The notes under the pieces: model-generated | The model's database searches: none | What the model saw: only the letters and a program-made list of their open reading frames with translations | What the model was told of the DNA's origin: nothing | Position numbers and translations under genes: made by a program | NCBI GenBank assembly: GCA_965248835.1 | Contig: CBDFLJ010000002.1 | Coordinates: 960,001-1,024,000 of the forward strand | Origin: Alphaproteobacteria bacterium | GTDB lineage: Bacteria > Pseudomonadota > Alphaproteobacteria > MPNO01 | Direction of reading: 5' to 3' | Length of the DNA stretch: 64,000 nucleotides | Shown: one piece after another, positions 39,059-48,271 of the stretch | Position numbering within the stretch: position 1 is the stretch's first letter | Layout of the letters: every line of letters starts with the position of its first letter

Positions 39059-39829
39059 TCAACAGCGGACTTGTTGATCTTCTTGATCTCCGATAACCGC
39101 GAAAACCCGCGCCGGCGAGCCGTCCAGCCCCTCCAGTCGCAGCGGCACCGCCGACAGCATGAAGTCGGCCGCATTGATGGCGCCGACATTGGTTACCATC
39201 TGAATGATGATGGTCTTGTTTCCAAGCAGCAGCCGGTGGTTGTGGCCCGCAGGCTGTCCTTCCGGGCGTTCGATGCCGTCCCGCCAGAAAGGAAATTCGG
39301 GGAAAAAGTCGATCGCGACCGCGCTCACGTTGCGTTCAACCAGAAGCGCGGCGGCGTCCCTGTGCATGTAAATCGTGTTGTCCCAGAATTCCGGGGTACC
39401 CCATTTCTGTTCCGTCCAGCCGGTGTGCAGGATCGGGATGACAGTCTCGTCGAAATCGACCCCGGCGTTCAGGATCGCCTCGGCCGTCACCATGCCGCCG
39501 GGCGGCACGTCCGTCAGGGGAATGATCCTGCCTTTCCCGACGGTCCGCTCGAGCGGGATCTGATCCACGGACCAGGTGTCTTCCAGCATATGCAGCGGCG
39601 CGTCGATGTGGGTTCCGATATGTGTGATGATCTCCAGCTTGCTCAACATGTGATTGGATAGTTCGGGTTCGATATCCCCCACGATCCCCATATTCTTCAG
39701 CCGTGCGTTCTGCGCCTCGCTCATGACCGACAGAGGGTAGGCTCGGGTGGGATTGTCGACATAGAACGGAAAACCGGGGAGTCCCGCCATGTTGCCGTTG
39801 ATCGGCAGGCTCAGATCTACAATTCGCAT
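39059..39829 (-). CDS. Cyclase family metallohydrolase (kynurenine formamidase/isatin hydrolase-like)
   Basis: THIGTHIDAPLH, LHTGW, DGSPARVFA. Confidence 0.92.
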   Translation of the reverse strand: MRIVDLSLPINGNMAGLPGFPFYVDNPTRAYPLSVMSEAQNARLKNMGIVGDIEPELSNHMLSKLEIITHIGTHIDAPLHMLEDTWSVDQIPLERTVGKGRIIPLTDVPPGGMVTAEAILNAGVDFDETVIPILHTGWTEQKWGTPEFWDNTIYMHRDAAALLVERNVSAVAIDFFPEFPFWRDGIERPEGQPAGHNHRLLLGNKTIIIQMVTNVGAINAADFMLSAVPLRLEGLDGSPARVFAVIGDQEDQQVRC

Positions 39830-40665
39830 GCGTTCACTCTTCTCTGGTCGTTCGATGGCGGATATGTGGCGAGAAATTCACGCAGGATGGCATTGAACGC
39901 ATCCGGCTTTTCCCACTGAACGAAACGCGAGGCCCCGGCGATGGGCGGCAGTTCCCGGAATCCTGCCATCTCCGCCAGGGTATCCGGCTGATCCGGAAAA
40001 GGATCAAGTGATCCGCAGACACCCCACACCGGCGTATCAAGCCTGGTGAATGGCTCGACGAGACTGGGCACCGAGACGGCGAACTCGAGCATGCCGCGTT
40101 CGTACTCTTCGGCCGGGTGGCGGGCAAACATCTGGATGCAAGGCTCCCGAATCGGCGAATCCAGAGGTATCACCGTGTACAGGCTGCGCCCCGCCTCGCG
40201 CCGCAGGTAATCTATCAAGGCGTCACGACCTTGCTCTTTCAGGATGCGAACAACCTCCCGGTTCGCCGCCGCCCAGCGATCGAAATACTTGCCGGCCTCG
40301 TGCAATTCGCTCCACGCGACCATCACAACCCCCCGCACCTGCTCGGGATGACGGATCGTGTAGTCGACGGCAATGGCGGTTCCGAAGGCAACCGCGACAA
40401 TGACCGGGCGAACGATGTCGAAGTGACCGATCAGCGCCTCGAGGTCGCTGCGCTGGTTCTCCAGTTCGTATCCGCCGCCCGGCGCGCCGGTGCGTCCGTG
40501 CCCGCGCCGGTGATAGACGAAACAGCGGTGATCCAAGGCAAATTCCCCGATCTGATGTTCCCAGTATTCCGTGCCGTGAATCTCTCCGTGAACGAAGACG
40601 ATATCGGGTCCTTTGCCGACAATCTCGCAATCGAATTCCCAACCGTTCGCGTTTACCAGGCTCAT
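39817..40665 (-). CDS. Alpha/beta hydrolase fold protein lacking the canonical Ser and His
   Basis: VFVHG, RRGHGRT, elbow VAVAFG, GASRFVQWEKPDAFN; overlaps the cyclase start. Confidence 0.88.
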   Translation of the reverse strand: MSLVNANGWEFDCEIVGKGPDIVFVHGEIHGTEYWEHQIGEFALDHRCFVYHRRGHGRTGAPGGGYELENQRSDLEALIGHFDIVRPVIVAVAFGTAIAVDYTIRHPEQVRGVVMVAWSELHEAGKYFDRWAAANREVVRILKEQGRDALIDYLRREAGRSLYTVIPLDSPIREPCIQMFARHPAEEYERGMLEFAVSVPSLVEPFTRLDTPVWGVCGSLDPFPDQPDTLAEMAGFRELPPIAGASRFVQWEKPDAFNAILREFLATYPPSNDQRRVNACEL

Positions 40666-40934
40666 GAAAGCGATCCCGGTTGCCGCCGCGCCGGCAAGCG
40701 GTCGGCTGGTTGCCGACAGCCATGCGCCTCTTCGGTCAGTTTCACGACGAGCGATCCCTCTGGGTCAGCTTTCTGGCCCCTGCGACGCATGCATGTGACC
40801 GTCATGGCGGCAGAAACCATAGCAGCCGCGGTATTGCGGGGCATAGTCCGCAACGACGGCAACCCGTGGGTGATCGCCGGCGCGGAGCCGGGCGAGGCCC
40901 TGCGCGAGGTTTACGATCCCTGGCATCGCATCCT

Positions 40935-41640
40935 CAAGCGTCGTCCTTACCCGAGCGATCTGACGGATGCGGAGTGGGCGCTGATCGCGCCAATGATCCC
41001 GCCGACGCGTCGCGGCGGCCGGCCGCGCGACGCGGATGTCCGCGAGGTGCTCAACGGGAGCTTCCATGTTCTTTGGACGGGCTGCCAATGCTCGGCGCTG
41101 CCCAAGGACTTGCCACCGAACTCGACGGTGGACCACGACTTCATGCTGTGGGAGTGGGACGGCACGCTCGGGCGCATCCATCATAGCCTCTACGTGATGG
41201 TGCGCGACCGGGAAGGGCGCGAAGCGAGCGAAGCGAGCCCATCGGCGGCGGTGATCGACAGCCAGAGCGCAAAGGGGGCGCAGAAAAGGGGGGCTCCGTT
41301 CGACCCGCAGGGCTCCGATGCCGGCAAGAAGGTCACCGGGCGCAAGCGCCACATCCTCGTCGATACGCTCGGCCTGCTGTTGAGCGTCATCGTCCATCCC
41401 GCCGACGTGCAGGACCGCGACGGCGCCCGCGAATTGCTTCGAACGGCGCGCCGTTGGTTCCCCTTCATCGAGACCATCTTCGCCGACGGCGGCGACCAGG
41501 GGCCGAGGATGGCGGCGACCGTCGCCGCGACCGGCGCCTCGTCCGCGACTTCGAGCGTTACGCAAGAACCGTCGTCGCCTTTGTCCGTCTCGCCATGATC
41601 CGCATCATGCTCGGGCGCTTGACACCGCCAACCGCTTGTC
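40935..41640 (+). mobile_element. Degenerate IS5-family copy related to the 34330 element
   Basis: YPSDLTDAEWALIAPMIPP, IDSQSAKGAQK, GKKVTGRKRH; internal deletion before RRLVRDFERY; left end missing. Confidence 0.9.
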
Positions 41641-41739
41641 GATAAAGCGCAAACTCTTGGATTCGCTGTTAACAACCTGTCCGATTTGCCGGGGCCACCT
41701 CAGTAAGCATTAGGTCCGGGATTGTGGACGTCCCGGGGA

Positions 41740-41768
41740 CTTGACTCTTGTTTTCACATAGTCTACGT
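41740..41768 (+). promoter_or_regulatory. Sigma70-type promoter of the GFA gene
   Basis: CTTGAC-N17-CTACGT resembles the alphaproteobacterial CTTGAC-N17-CTATAT consensus; followed by AAGGAGG RBS. Confidence 0.5.
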
Positions 41769-41792
41769 CAACAACAAAGCAAGGAGGAGAAC

Positions 41793-42230
41793 ATGTCACA
41801 TCAGTATTCTGGTGGTTGCGATCATATACGCACGCACTCGGACAACGATCCGATCGACAACCACACCTGCCACTGCTCCGTCTGCAAGCGTGTTACCGGT
41901 CAAGACACGACCCACGTGGTGTTTTTCAAACACGGAGATGTAGCCGTTGATAACGTTGATGGCTTGAACCGTCAGCCATTCAATGATCAAAACGCGGATG
42001 GCCCCTTGGAACTGTGCACCTGTGCAACCTGTGGCACACCGATCATGCTCGATGACAAACAACGCCGTATTCGCGTGATCGTACCAAACTTGATGGGTTA
42101 CGACCCGGACAGCCTGCCTGCGACCTATCATGCCTTCTACGATCCGGCCAGTGGTGCCCCGGAACCGAACGACGGTCGTCCTGTCTGTGAAGGTTTACGC
42201 CCGGACTTTGTGTGGCCGGAGCCCGCATAA
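41793..42230 (+). CDS. GFA/CENP-V family zinc protein
   Basis: YSGGCDH, TCHCSVCKRVTG, CATCGTPI; strong RBS. Confidence 0.88.
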   Translation: MSHQYSGGCDHIRTHSDNDPIDNHTCHCSVCKRVTGQDTTHVVFFKHGDVAVDNVDGLNRQPFNDQNADGPLELCTCATCGTPIMLDDKQRRIRVIVPNLMGYDPDSLPATYHAFYDPASGAPEPNDGRPVCEGLRPDFVWPEPA

Positions 42231-42270
42231 CAAGCAGATTCCATTACGTATTTCTGGCACTAAGATCCCA

Positions 42271-42312
42271 CTCATAACCTGAAGGTCAGAGGTTCAAATC
42301 CTCTCCCCGCAA
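42271..42312 (+). other. 3' half of initiator tRNA-Met(CAU); probable att site of an integrated element
   Basis: CTCATAA anticodon loop, CCTGAAGGTC, T-arm AGAGG-TTCAAAT-CCTCT, acceptor strand CCCCGCAA; no D-arm or 5' acceptor strand upstream. Confidence 0.88.
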
Positions 42313-42319
42313 AAAAATT

Positions 42320-42357
42320 AAACCCCTGGAAACATTGACGTTTCCGGGGGTTTTCTT
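42320..42357. terminator. Rho-independent terminator downstream of the tRNA fragment
   Basis: aaacccctggaaac-attgac-gtttccgggggttt with T tract after and A tract before. Confidence 0.85.
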
Positions 42358-42412
42358 ATGCCGGGATTGGCTGGTTGTCGGCAAGCCGTAAGCATACCGG
42401 AAGCGGATTCAT

Positions 42413-43171
42413 TATAATACCAACCTGGATTGATCAGGACCGATTGGCCCATTCTGGGTGGCCGCTGGAGATGATTTTCCAGGGTTGATCGAAGAGGTTG
42501 TTCCAGGCGTGGCAGCGGTGGTCGATGCTGTCGTCGTATGATTTGAACGCGCGGGTGGATAGCCAGTTTTCGGTGCTCCTTGGCAGGCGATCTGGTCGCG
42601 ATGTCACTGCATGGCCTGGGTGTTGCAGCGCGGCAGGACGAGGCCGGCGCCGACGCCGCGCCGGGGGCAGATGGCGTCGAAGATGTCGGCCGACTTGGTG
42701 CGCTGGTCATGCGGCGCGCGCGGCCGGGTTCCGCGTCTTGCCCAGCGCCCGCCGGTCGATCATCCTGCCACCACAACGCTATCTCGGTGCCGACCAGTGC
42801 CGCGCGGATGGCCGTGAGCTCGGCCGGGAAGGTTTTTTAAGATCCGCGAGCGCCAGCGCGTTCTGTGCGTAATGGCGCGGCCGTGCCGAAAGCTTGCCGA
42901 ACCCCATGGCCCGGCGCCCGCCGGTCGATCAGCCCATCGGGACCATCAGCGCCGCGAGCCGTTGTCGTAGATCGCCGCCAGCGCCAACAAGTGACGCTCG
43001 GTTGCCGTGCGAAGACGCCTTGGCAAGCCGCCGTAACCTCGCCGCGGCGTCGTCCGTCCGAAGCGGGATCGCTGCACCCATGGCAAACCTCCTTCAGTTT
43101 GCCAGCGTGAATCACAAAAAGGCCGATTCAGGAATCTCCTTTGCGAGCCGCAGTCAGCGCAGACTGGTATA
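42413..43171 (-). mobile_element. IS630-family remnant with both ends
   Basis: LLALAAIYD, GPDGLIDRRAPG, MWWQD, ENWLSTRAFKSYDD..DHRCHAWN fragments; ATACCA-type termini at both ends. Confidence 0.8.
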
Positions 43172-43255
43172 ACATCCGTCCGCCCTTCCCTCATGCGGGC
43201 CAATAGCTGGAATTCTATCCCCCGCCGCCGTCGCGGAACCGGAACCGTCCCGCGC

Positions 43256-44041
43256 TTACCCGTCCGAGACGTCGTCCGGCTTGCCGCCCTCGAGCACTTT
43301 CCAGTCGTGGGTCGGCAGAATCACGTCTGCGCGGGACTTGATGTCGATCAGCGCCCGGCGCATCGAATCCAGGTCGTAATAGATGCCTGGCAGGATCTCC
43401 TTGTCGATGTTGAGATCGAGCTTCCGGGCGATATCGCCGATGATCGCCACAATCCCCTCGGCGGTCTCGACGTAGATGCATTGGTGGCCGGGGGTGTGCG
43501 AGTTGGCATAAAGGACGCAGCGGATTCCCGGATAGGGCTCGTAATCGCCTTCCATCAGGTCGACCCGGCTCCAGAGCGGGTCGACCAGATCCGCGACATC
43601 GGCGCGGTCGAAGAACAGGCCCTTGCCGCCGATGTCGAGCTGCTCGGGTCCGAGCGGCGCCGCCGCCGCCATCAGCTCGGTGCGTTGCAGGACGAAGCGC
43701 GCATTCGGCAGCAGGTTGCAGCCGCCGGCGTGGTCGTAATGGAGATGGGTCAGATGAACGTATTTGATGTCTTCCGGCGTATAGCCGTGCTTGGCGAGCT
43801 GGGCCGGGATGGTCTGGTCCGGCGCGACGTTGTGCGGACCCAGCCCGTGGACGTCCTGCGCACGTTGCGCGTCGCGCATGCCGGTGTCGATCAGGAGCGG
43901 TCCGTCCGGCGTGCCCTCGATGAGGAAGGCGAGAATCGGCACCGACGAGGCGCCTCGGGCCCTGGACAGGCTCCAGAACACGTCGAGCATGTCCGGCACG
44001 ACGGCATCGCCGAGCAAGAGCGGCGTCACGCGATAGCTCAT
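43256..44041 (-). CDS. N-acyl homoserine lactonase family metallo-beta-lactamase fold hydrolase
   Basis: LIDTG, THLHYDHAGG (HxHxDH), HTPGHQ, IIGD, LPTHD. Confidence 0.9.
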   Translation of the reverse strand: MSYRVTPLLLGDAVVPDMLDVFWSLSRARGASSVPILAFLIEGTPDGPLLIDTGMRDAQRAQDVHGLGPHNVAPDQTIPAQLAKHGYTPEDIKYVHLTHLHYDHAGGCNLLPNARFVLQRTELMAAAAPLGPEQLDIGGKGLFFDRADVADLVDPLWSRVDLMEGDYEPYPGIRCVLYANSHTPGHQCIYVETAEGIVAIIGDIARKLDLNIDKEILPGIYYDLDSMRRALIDIKSRADVILPTHDWKVLEGGKPDDVSDG

Positions 44042-44223
44042 GGGTCAACCCTCCGATCCGTCAATGACTTCGTCTTTTCCCGACGGCTTCCGGCTCGGAT
44101 GTTAGTGCCTTATCGCGTGGCCTGAAAAGGGACAAGTTTCCGCGATCCCCTGCAGGTCGCCCCGGCACCGACTCCGCCGCCAGAGCATGCGCGCCAAGTG
44201 CATGCCTGCGATTGTCCCGGCCA

Positions 44224-45555
44224 TCAGCCGTAGCCGGTGACCAGCCAGGGGAAAAAGATGATCAGCAACAGGACGATGAACATCACCACCGCGAACGGGG
44301 CCGCGCCGATGAAGATGTCCGCGAGCGAGATCCGGTCGTCGTCGAGCGTGCTCTTGATCACATAGGCCGACAGACCCAGAGGCGGGGTCAGGAGCCCGAT
44401 CTCGACCGCGATCACGGTGACGATCCCGAACCAGACCAGATCGACGTTATAGACCTCGAGCAAGGGCAGGAAGATCGGGATCATGATCAGCATGATCGAG
44501 ATCCCGTCGAGTATGGTTCCCATGATCACGATGATCACGGCGTAGAAGATCAGGAGCGTGAAGAAGCCGAGCTCCAGCCCGTTGACGAAGTCGTTGATGA
44601 ACACCGGAACGCCCGAAAGGGCGAGGAGGCGGGTGTAGATGTTGGCGGCGATGATCAGCATCAGGATCGAAACCGTGATATGCCCGGTCTCGACCAATAC
44701 CTGCCAGACCCTTTCCCAGGTGAGCTTGCGCCGGGCCAGCGCCAGAACCAAAGCGCCAAGCGCGCCGACGGCGCCCGATTCCGTCGGCGTGAACCAGCCG
44801 AGATAAATCCCGCCGATCACCGCGAAGACCAGCGCGGCCAGTGGCCAAAGACGAAAGCTCGCCGCCGCGATCGACATGGGAACGTCTTCGATCTCGGCTG
44901 TCCGGACATCGCCGGCGCCTTCTCCTTCGCGCATCACTACAGCGGGTAAAAACGTCGCCATCCCCAGAATCGCGACGGCGAAGGCGAGTGACAGGAGCAG
45001 GCCCGGCACGATGCCGGCGATGAACAGGTCTCCGATCGATTGCTCGGCGAGTATCCCGTAGATGATCAGCAGCAGGCTGGGCGGGATGAGCATGCCGAGC
45101 ACCGAGCTGCCGGCGACGACGCCCACGGCAAAGCGGGGGCGGTAGCCGAGCGATATCATCTCGGGCACCGCGAGCTTGGTGAACACGGCGGCCGAAGCCA
45201 CCGAGATCCCGGTCACGGCGGCAAAGACCGCATTCGCCGCGACGGTTGCGATGCCGAGCCCGCCGCGGATACGCCGCATCAGCATATTGGCGACGACATA
45301 GGCGTCCTTGCCGAGATCGGAGACGCTGACCAGCAACCCCATCAGGACGAAGAGCGGGACGACGCCGAAGACGTAGCCTGCCACGGTGTCATAGGCCGCG
45401 ATCGCCAGCAGCTTGGTCGCCAGGGTCACGCTGCCCTTGACCGCCCAAACCCCGGCGAGCGAGACCACGCAAAGCGTCACCGCGACATGCATGCCCAGGT
45501 AGATCAGCAGCAGAATCGCGCAAATTGAGATCAGCCCGATCTCGACGCCGCTCAT
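44224..45555 (-). CDS. dctM: TRAP transporter large permease
   Basis: VVPLFVLMG, LGMLIPPS, GWFTPTESG, EIGLLTPPLG. Confidence 0.95.
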   Translation of the reverse strand: MSGVEIGLISICAILLLIYLGMHVAVTLCVVSLAGVWAVKGSVTLATKLLAIAAYDTVAGYVFGVVPLFVLMGLLVSVSDLGKDAYVVANMLMRRIRGGLGIATVAANAVFAAVTGISVASAAVFTKLAVPEMISLGYRPRFAVGVVAGSSVLGMLIPPSLLLIIYGILAEQSIGDLFIAGIVPGLLLSLAFAVAILGMATFLPAVVMREGEGAGDVRTAEIEDVPMSIAAASFRLWPLAALVFAVIGGIYLGWFTPTESGAVGALGALVLALARRKLTWERVWQVLVETGHITVSILMLIIAANIYTRLLALSGVPVFINDFVNGLELGFFTLLIFYAVIIVIMGTILDGISIMLIMIPIFLPLLEVYNVDLVWFGIVTVIAVEIGLLTPPLGLSAYVIKSTLDDDRISLADIFIGAAPFAVVMFIVLLLIIFFPWLVTGYG

Positions 45556-46142
45556 TTGAGCATTTCCGTGATCTGCCTGCGGTCCTCCGGATCCGCCGGC
45601 GCCATCCAGCCGCCGACCACCGCGAAATCGCGCCAGGCGAAGAGGCAGTACTGGATCGCGGCGACCGCGCAGCCGATCAGGATGATCAACCGCACCGGCC
45701 AGACCGGGTAGCTGACATAGCCCTGGATCCCGGCGTACTCGCCGGTGCTCCACGCCTCGACGAAGAAGGGGTAGCTCGCCCCGAACACCAGCATGAAGAG
45801 CCCGGCGCCGACCAGGTTGAAGATCAGCGTCATCGCATGGGACAGACGCGGCAGCCGCGCGCGCAGGATGCGCAGCAGGCCGTCGGAGCGCGTCATGCGG
45901 CCGGATCTGAGGGTGTGGCCGAGCTGGATGAACACGATCCCGACGATCGAGAGCTTCACCAGCTCCGGCACGCCGCGCAACGGCATGTTCAACGCGGTCC
46001 TTCCCATGATGTCGATATTGATGACCACCATGAGGACGACGATCCACAGGCTGCCCAGCGAATTGAGCCCGGCAACCAGCCTTTCGAAGGTCAGGAACCG
46101 GAGCCAGGCGGTCGCCTTCGACGGTGCCGCCCGGTCAGTCAT
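45552..46142 (-). CDS. dctQ: TRAP transporter small permease
   Basis: Four TM helices, DIMGR..LNMPLRGVPELV, YPVWPVR; lies between dctP and dctM. Confidence 0.92.
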   Translation of the reverse strand: MTDRAAPSKATAWLRFLTFERLVAGLNSLGSLWIVVLMVVINIDIMGRTALNMPLRGVPELVKLSIVGIVFIQLGHTLRSGRMTRSDGLLRILRARLPRLSHAMTLIFNLVGAGLFMLVFGASYPFFVEAWSTGEYAGIQGYVSYPVWPVRLIILIGCAVAAIQYCLFAWRDFAVVGGWMAPADPEDRRQITEMLK

Positions 46143-46214
46143 GATGTCCTGACCGGTCTTGGGCGGAACGGTTCGCCGTTCGGCCGGGCGCCGCAAGTCT
46201 GGCCGTTGACCGCT

Positions 46215-47279
46215 CTATTCCTTGTCCCATTCGCGGACCAGCGGGACCTTGTTGGCGCGGAGCTTGTCCATATAGGCCTTCAGCACCTTGTTCCCGGCAA
46301 AGCCCTTCGCCTCGACGCGCGCCGCCCATTGTTTGGCGATATTGGGCATCGCCTTTGCCCAGGCGAGTTTCTGATCGAGCGGCATCTGCGAAAAGATCGC
46401 GCCGTCCTTGGCCATCTTGGCCTCGAAGGTCGCAACCAGACCGGTCATCTTCTTGTCCTGCGCGTCCCGGTAATCGAGCGCCGCCTGATGCATGGCCTTT
46501 TTGACCTCGGCCGGCATCTTGCCCCACATCGCCTTGTTCATCGTCACGGCGCCCCCCGGCATGGCGCCGAAATTCACCTTGGTCGCGTAGCGCGCGATCT
46601 CATGCAGCTTGTTGGGGTAGTAGCCGGTGGTGAAGGCGATGATTCCGTCATAGACGCCGGTCTTGAGATTGTTGAAATGGACCGAAAAGTTTCCCTGGAC
46701 GGGCACGATGCCGATCGGAGCTTCCCAAAGAGACACCGCCCCGGCGCCGGCCAGCTTGCGGCCGTTGAGATCCTTGAGCGATCTGATCGGGAACTTGGTC
46801 AGCGGGTAGAAGGTATCGAAGCCGATCGGCGCCACGAAGACCTGGCCGTGCTTCTCCCAGGAGCCGGACATCTCGGGCACTTCCTGATGCAGTTCCTGGA
46901 AAATCTTGAGCGTCAGCCCCAGGCTGTCCGAGCCGAAGGGCGCCATGTAAGCGACGTTCTGAAGCGGCAGCTTCGCCTGCTCGAACAGCGAATAGACGAT
47001 CCCGAGGTCGGCGATGCCTTCCTCGATCACCTCCAACGTGCCGCCCACCTTGGAAAGCGTGCCGCCATAGGCTTTGGTCCAGTTGATCTTGTGAGCGGTG
47101 GCTTTGAGCCTGGCGTCGATGCCGGCGATGAAGACGCTCTGCGTCAGCCCGACCCAGGGGAGATGCACCCCCTGGGCGGCAGCGAAGGTCAGATTGAATG
47201 TTTCGGCCGAAGCCGTACCGACGGACAGACCCGCTGCCATGGCGAATGCGGCCGCCGTCTGTCGCAATTTGCTGTCCAT
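46215..47279 (-). CDS. dctP: TRAP transporter substrate-binding protein
   Basis: Signal peptide, YGGTLSK, GIADLG, PIRSLKDLNGRK, LKTGVYDG. Confidence 0.93.
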   Translation of the reverse strand: MDSKLRQTAAAFAMAAGLSVGTASAETFNLTFAAAQGVHLPWVGLTQSVFIAGIDARLKATAHKINWTKAYGGTLSKVGGTLEVIEEGIADLGIVYSLFEQAKLPLQNVAYMAPFGSDSLGLTLKIFQELHQEVPEMSGSWEKHGQVFVAPIGFDTFYPLTKFPIRSLKDLNGRKLAGAGAVSLWEAPIGIVPVQGNFSVHFNNLKTGVYDGIIAFTTGYYPNKLHEIARYATKVNFGAMPGGAVTMNKAMWGKMPAEVKKAMHQAALDYRDAQDKKMTGLVATFEAKMAKDGAIFSQMPLDQKLAWAKAMPNIAKQWAARVEAKGFAGNKVLKAYMDKLRANKVPLVREWDKE

Positions 47280-47590
47280 GAGCCCCTCCCGCGCTTTTGT
47301 GTCCAAACCGGCGACGCCCCTGTGCCGCAGGAAGTTCGAATCGATGGGAACGGCACGACCTCGCCAGTGAATCCTCCGTCAGCGATGTTAGTGCATCGCC
47401 GCGTTGCTCGCCAGGCCGGAGACCCTGCCGGTACCGGAAAGCTTGCATATTTGTCGTCGATCGTCGTCGGTCCCGATCCGCCCGGCCCGGGAAAGCTTCG
47501 TTCCGGATACCGCCATCGGCTTGCTGGCCTCGGGGCGCGGCGCTAAGCTCCACCCCGGCCGGCAGTGGTCCGGTATGGCGGGAGAGCGAT

Positions 47591-48247
47591 ATGTCTGACG
47601 ACCTCGCGGTCTACGAAAAGCAGGGGTTCGGCCACCGGATCGGGTTCGGCAGGAAGCCGGCCCTGATCGTCATCGACTTCATCAACGCCTTCAACGACCC
47701 TGACATGTTCGGCGGCGGCAGCATCCAATCGGCGATCGACCATACCGAGGATCTGCTGGCGGTCGCCCGCCACCATGAGCTGCCGGTCGCCTACACCACC
47801 CACGCCTACGCCGCCGACGGCAGCGATGACGGCATCTTCAATCTGAAGTCGCCGGGCCTGCGCAAGCTGGTCCCCAACACCCATGCCACAGCCGTCGTCG
47901 ACCAGCTCGCGCCCAGGCCGGGCGAGCGGGTGATCAGCAAGTTCTACCCTTCCGGCTTCTTCTCGACCGACCTTGCGAACTGGCTTGCGATGAAGGGCGT
48001 CGATACCGCGATCGTCACCGGCTGCACCACCAGCGGCTGCGTGCGGGCGACGGTGGTCGATGCGATGGGGTTCGGCTTTCGGCCGATCGTGCCCCGCGAA
48101 TGCTCGGGCGACCGCGCCGAAGGGCCGCACGAGGCGAACCTGTTCGACATGGACCAGAAATATGCCGACGTGATGCCGCTTTCCGAGGTCAAGGACGCGC
48201 TGGATGGGTTGACCCCGGGCCAAGCCGGCGTCCCGGCCGGCGGCTGA
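47591..48247 (+). CDS. Isochorismatase family amidohydrolase (maleamate amidase NicF/N-carbamoylsarcosine amidase-like)
   Basis: IGFGRKPALIVIDF, ISKFYPSGFF, TGCTTSGCVRATVVDA, HEANLFDMDQKYADV. Confidence 0.92.
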   Translation: MSDDLAVYEKQGFGHRIGFGRKPALIVIDFINAFNDPDMFGGGSIQSAIDHTEDLLAVARHHELPVAYTTHAYAADGSDDGIFNLKSPGLRKLVPNTHATAVVDQLAPRPGERVISKFYPSGFFSTDLANWLAMKGVDTAIVTGCTTSGCVRATVVDAMGFGFRPIVPRECSGDRAEGPHEANLFDMDQKYADVMPLSEVKDALDGLTPGQAGVPAGG

Positions 48248-48271
48248 GCGAGCGGCAATGGAGCGCAGATC

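Noticed and set aside
42230-42312. Functional tRNA-Met gene
   Set aside because: The 5' acceptor strand, D-arm and 5' anticodon stem are missing
44224-46047. Fused DctQM protein
   Set aside because: dctQ is in a different frame; dctM starts at 45555, overlapping the dctQ stop
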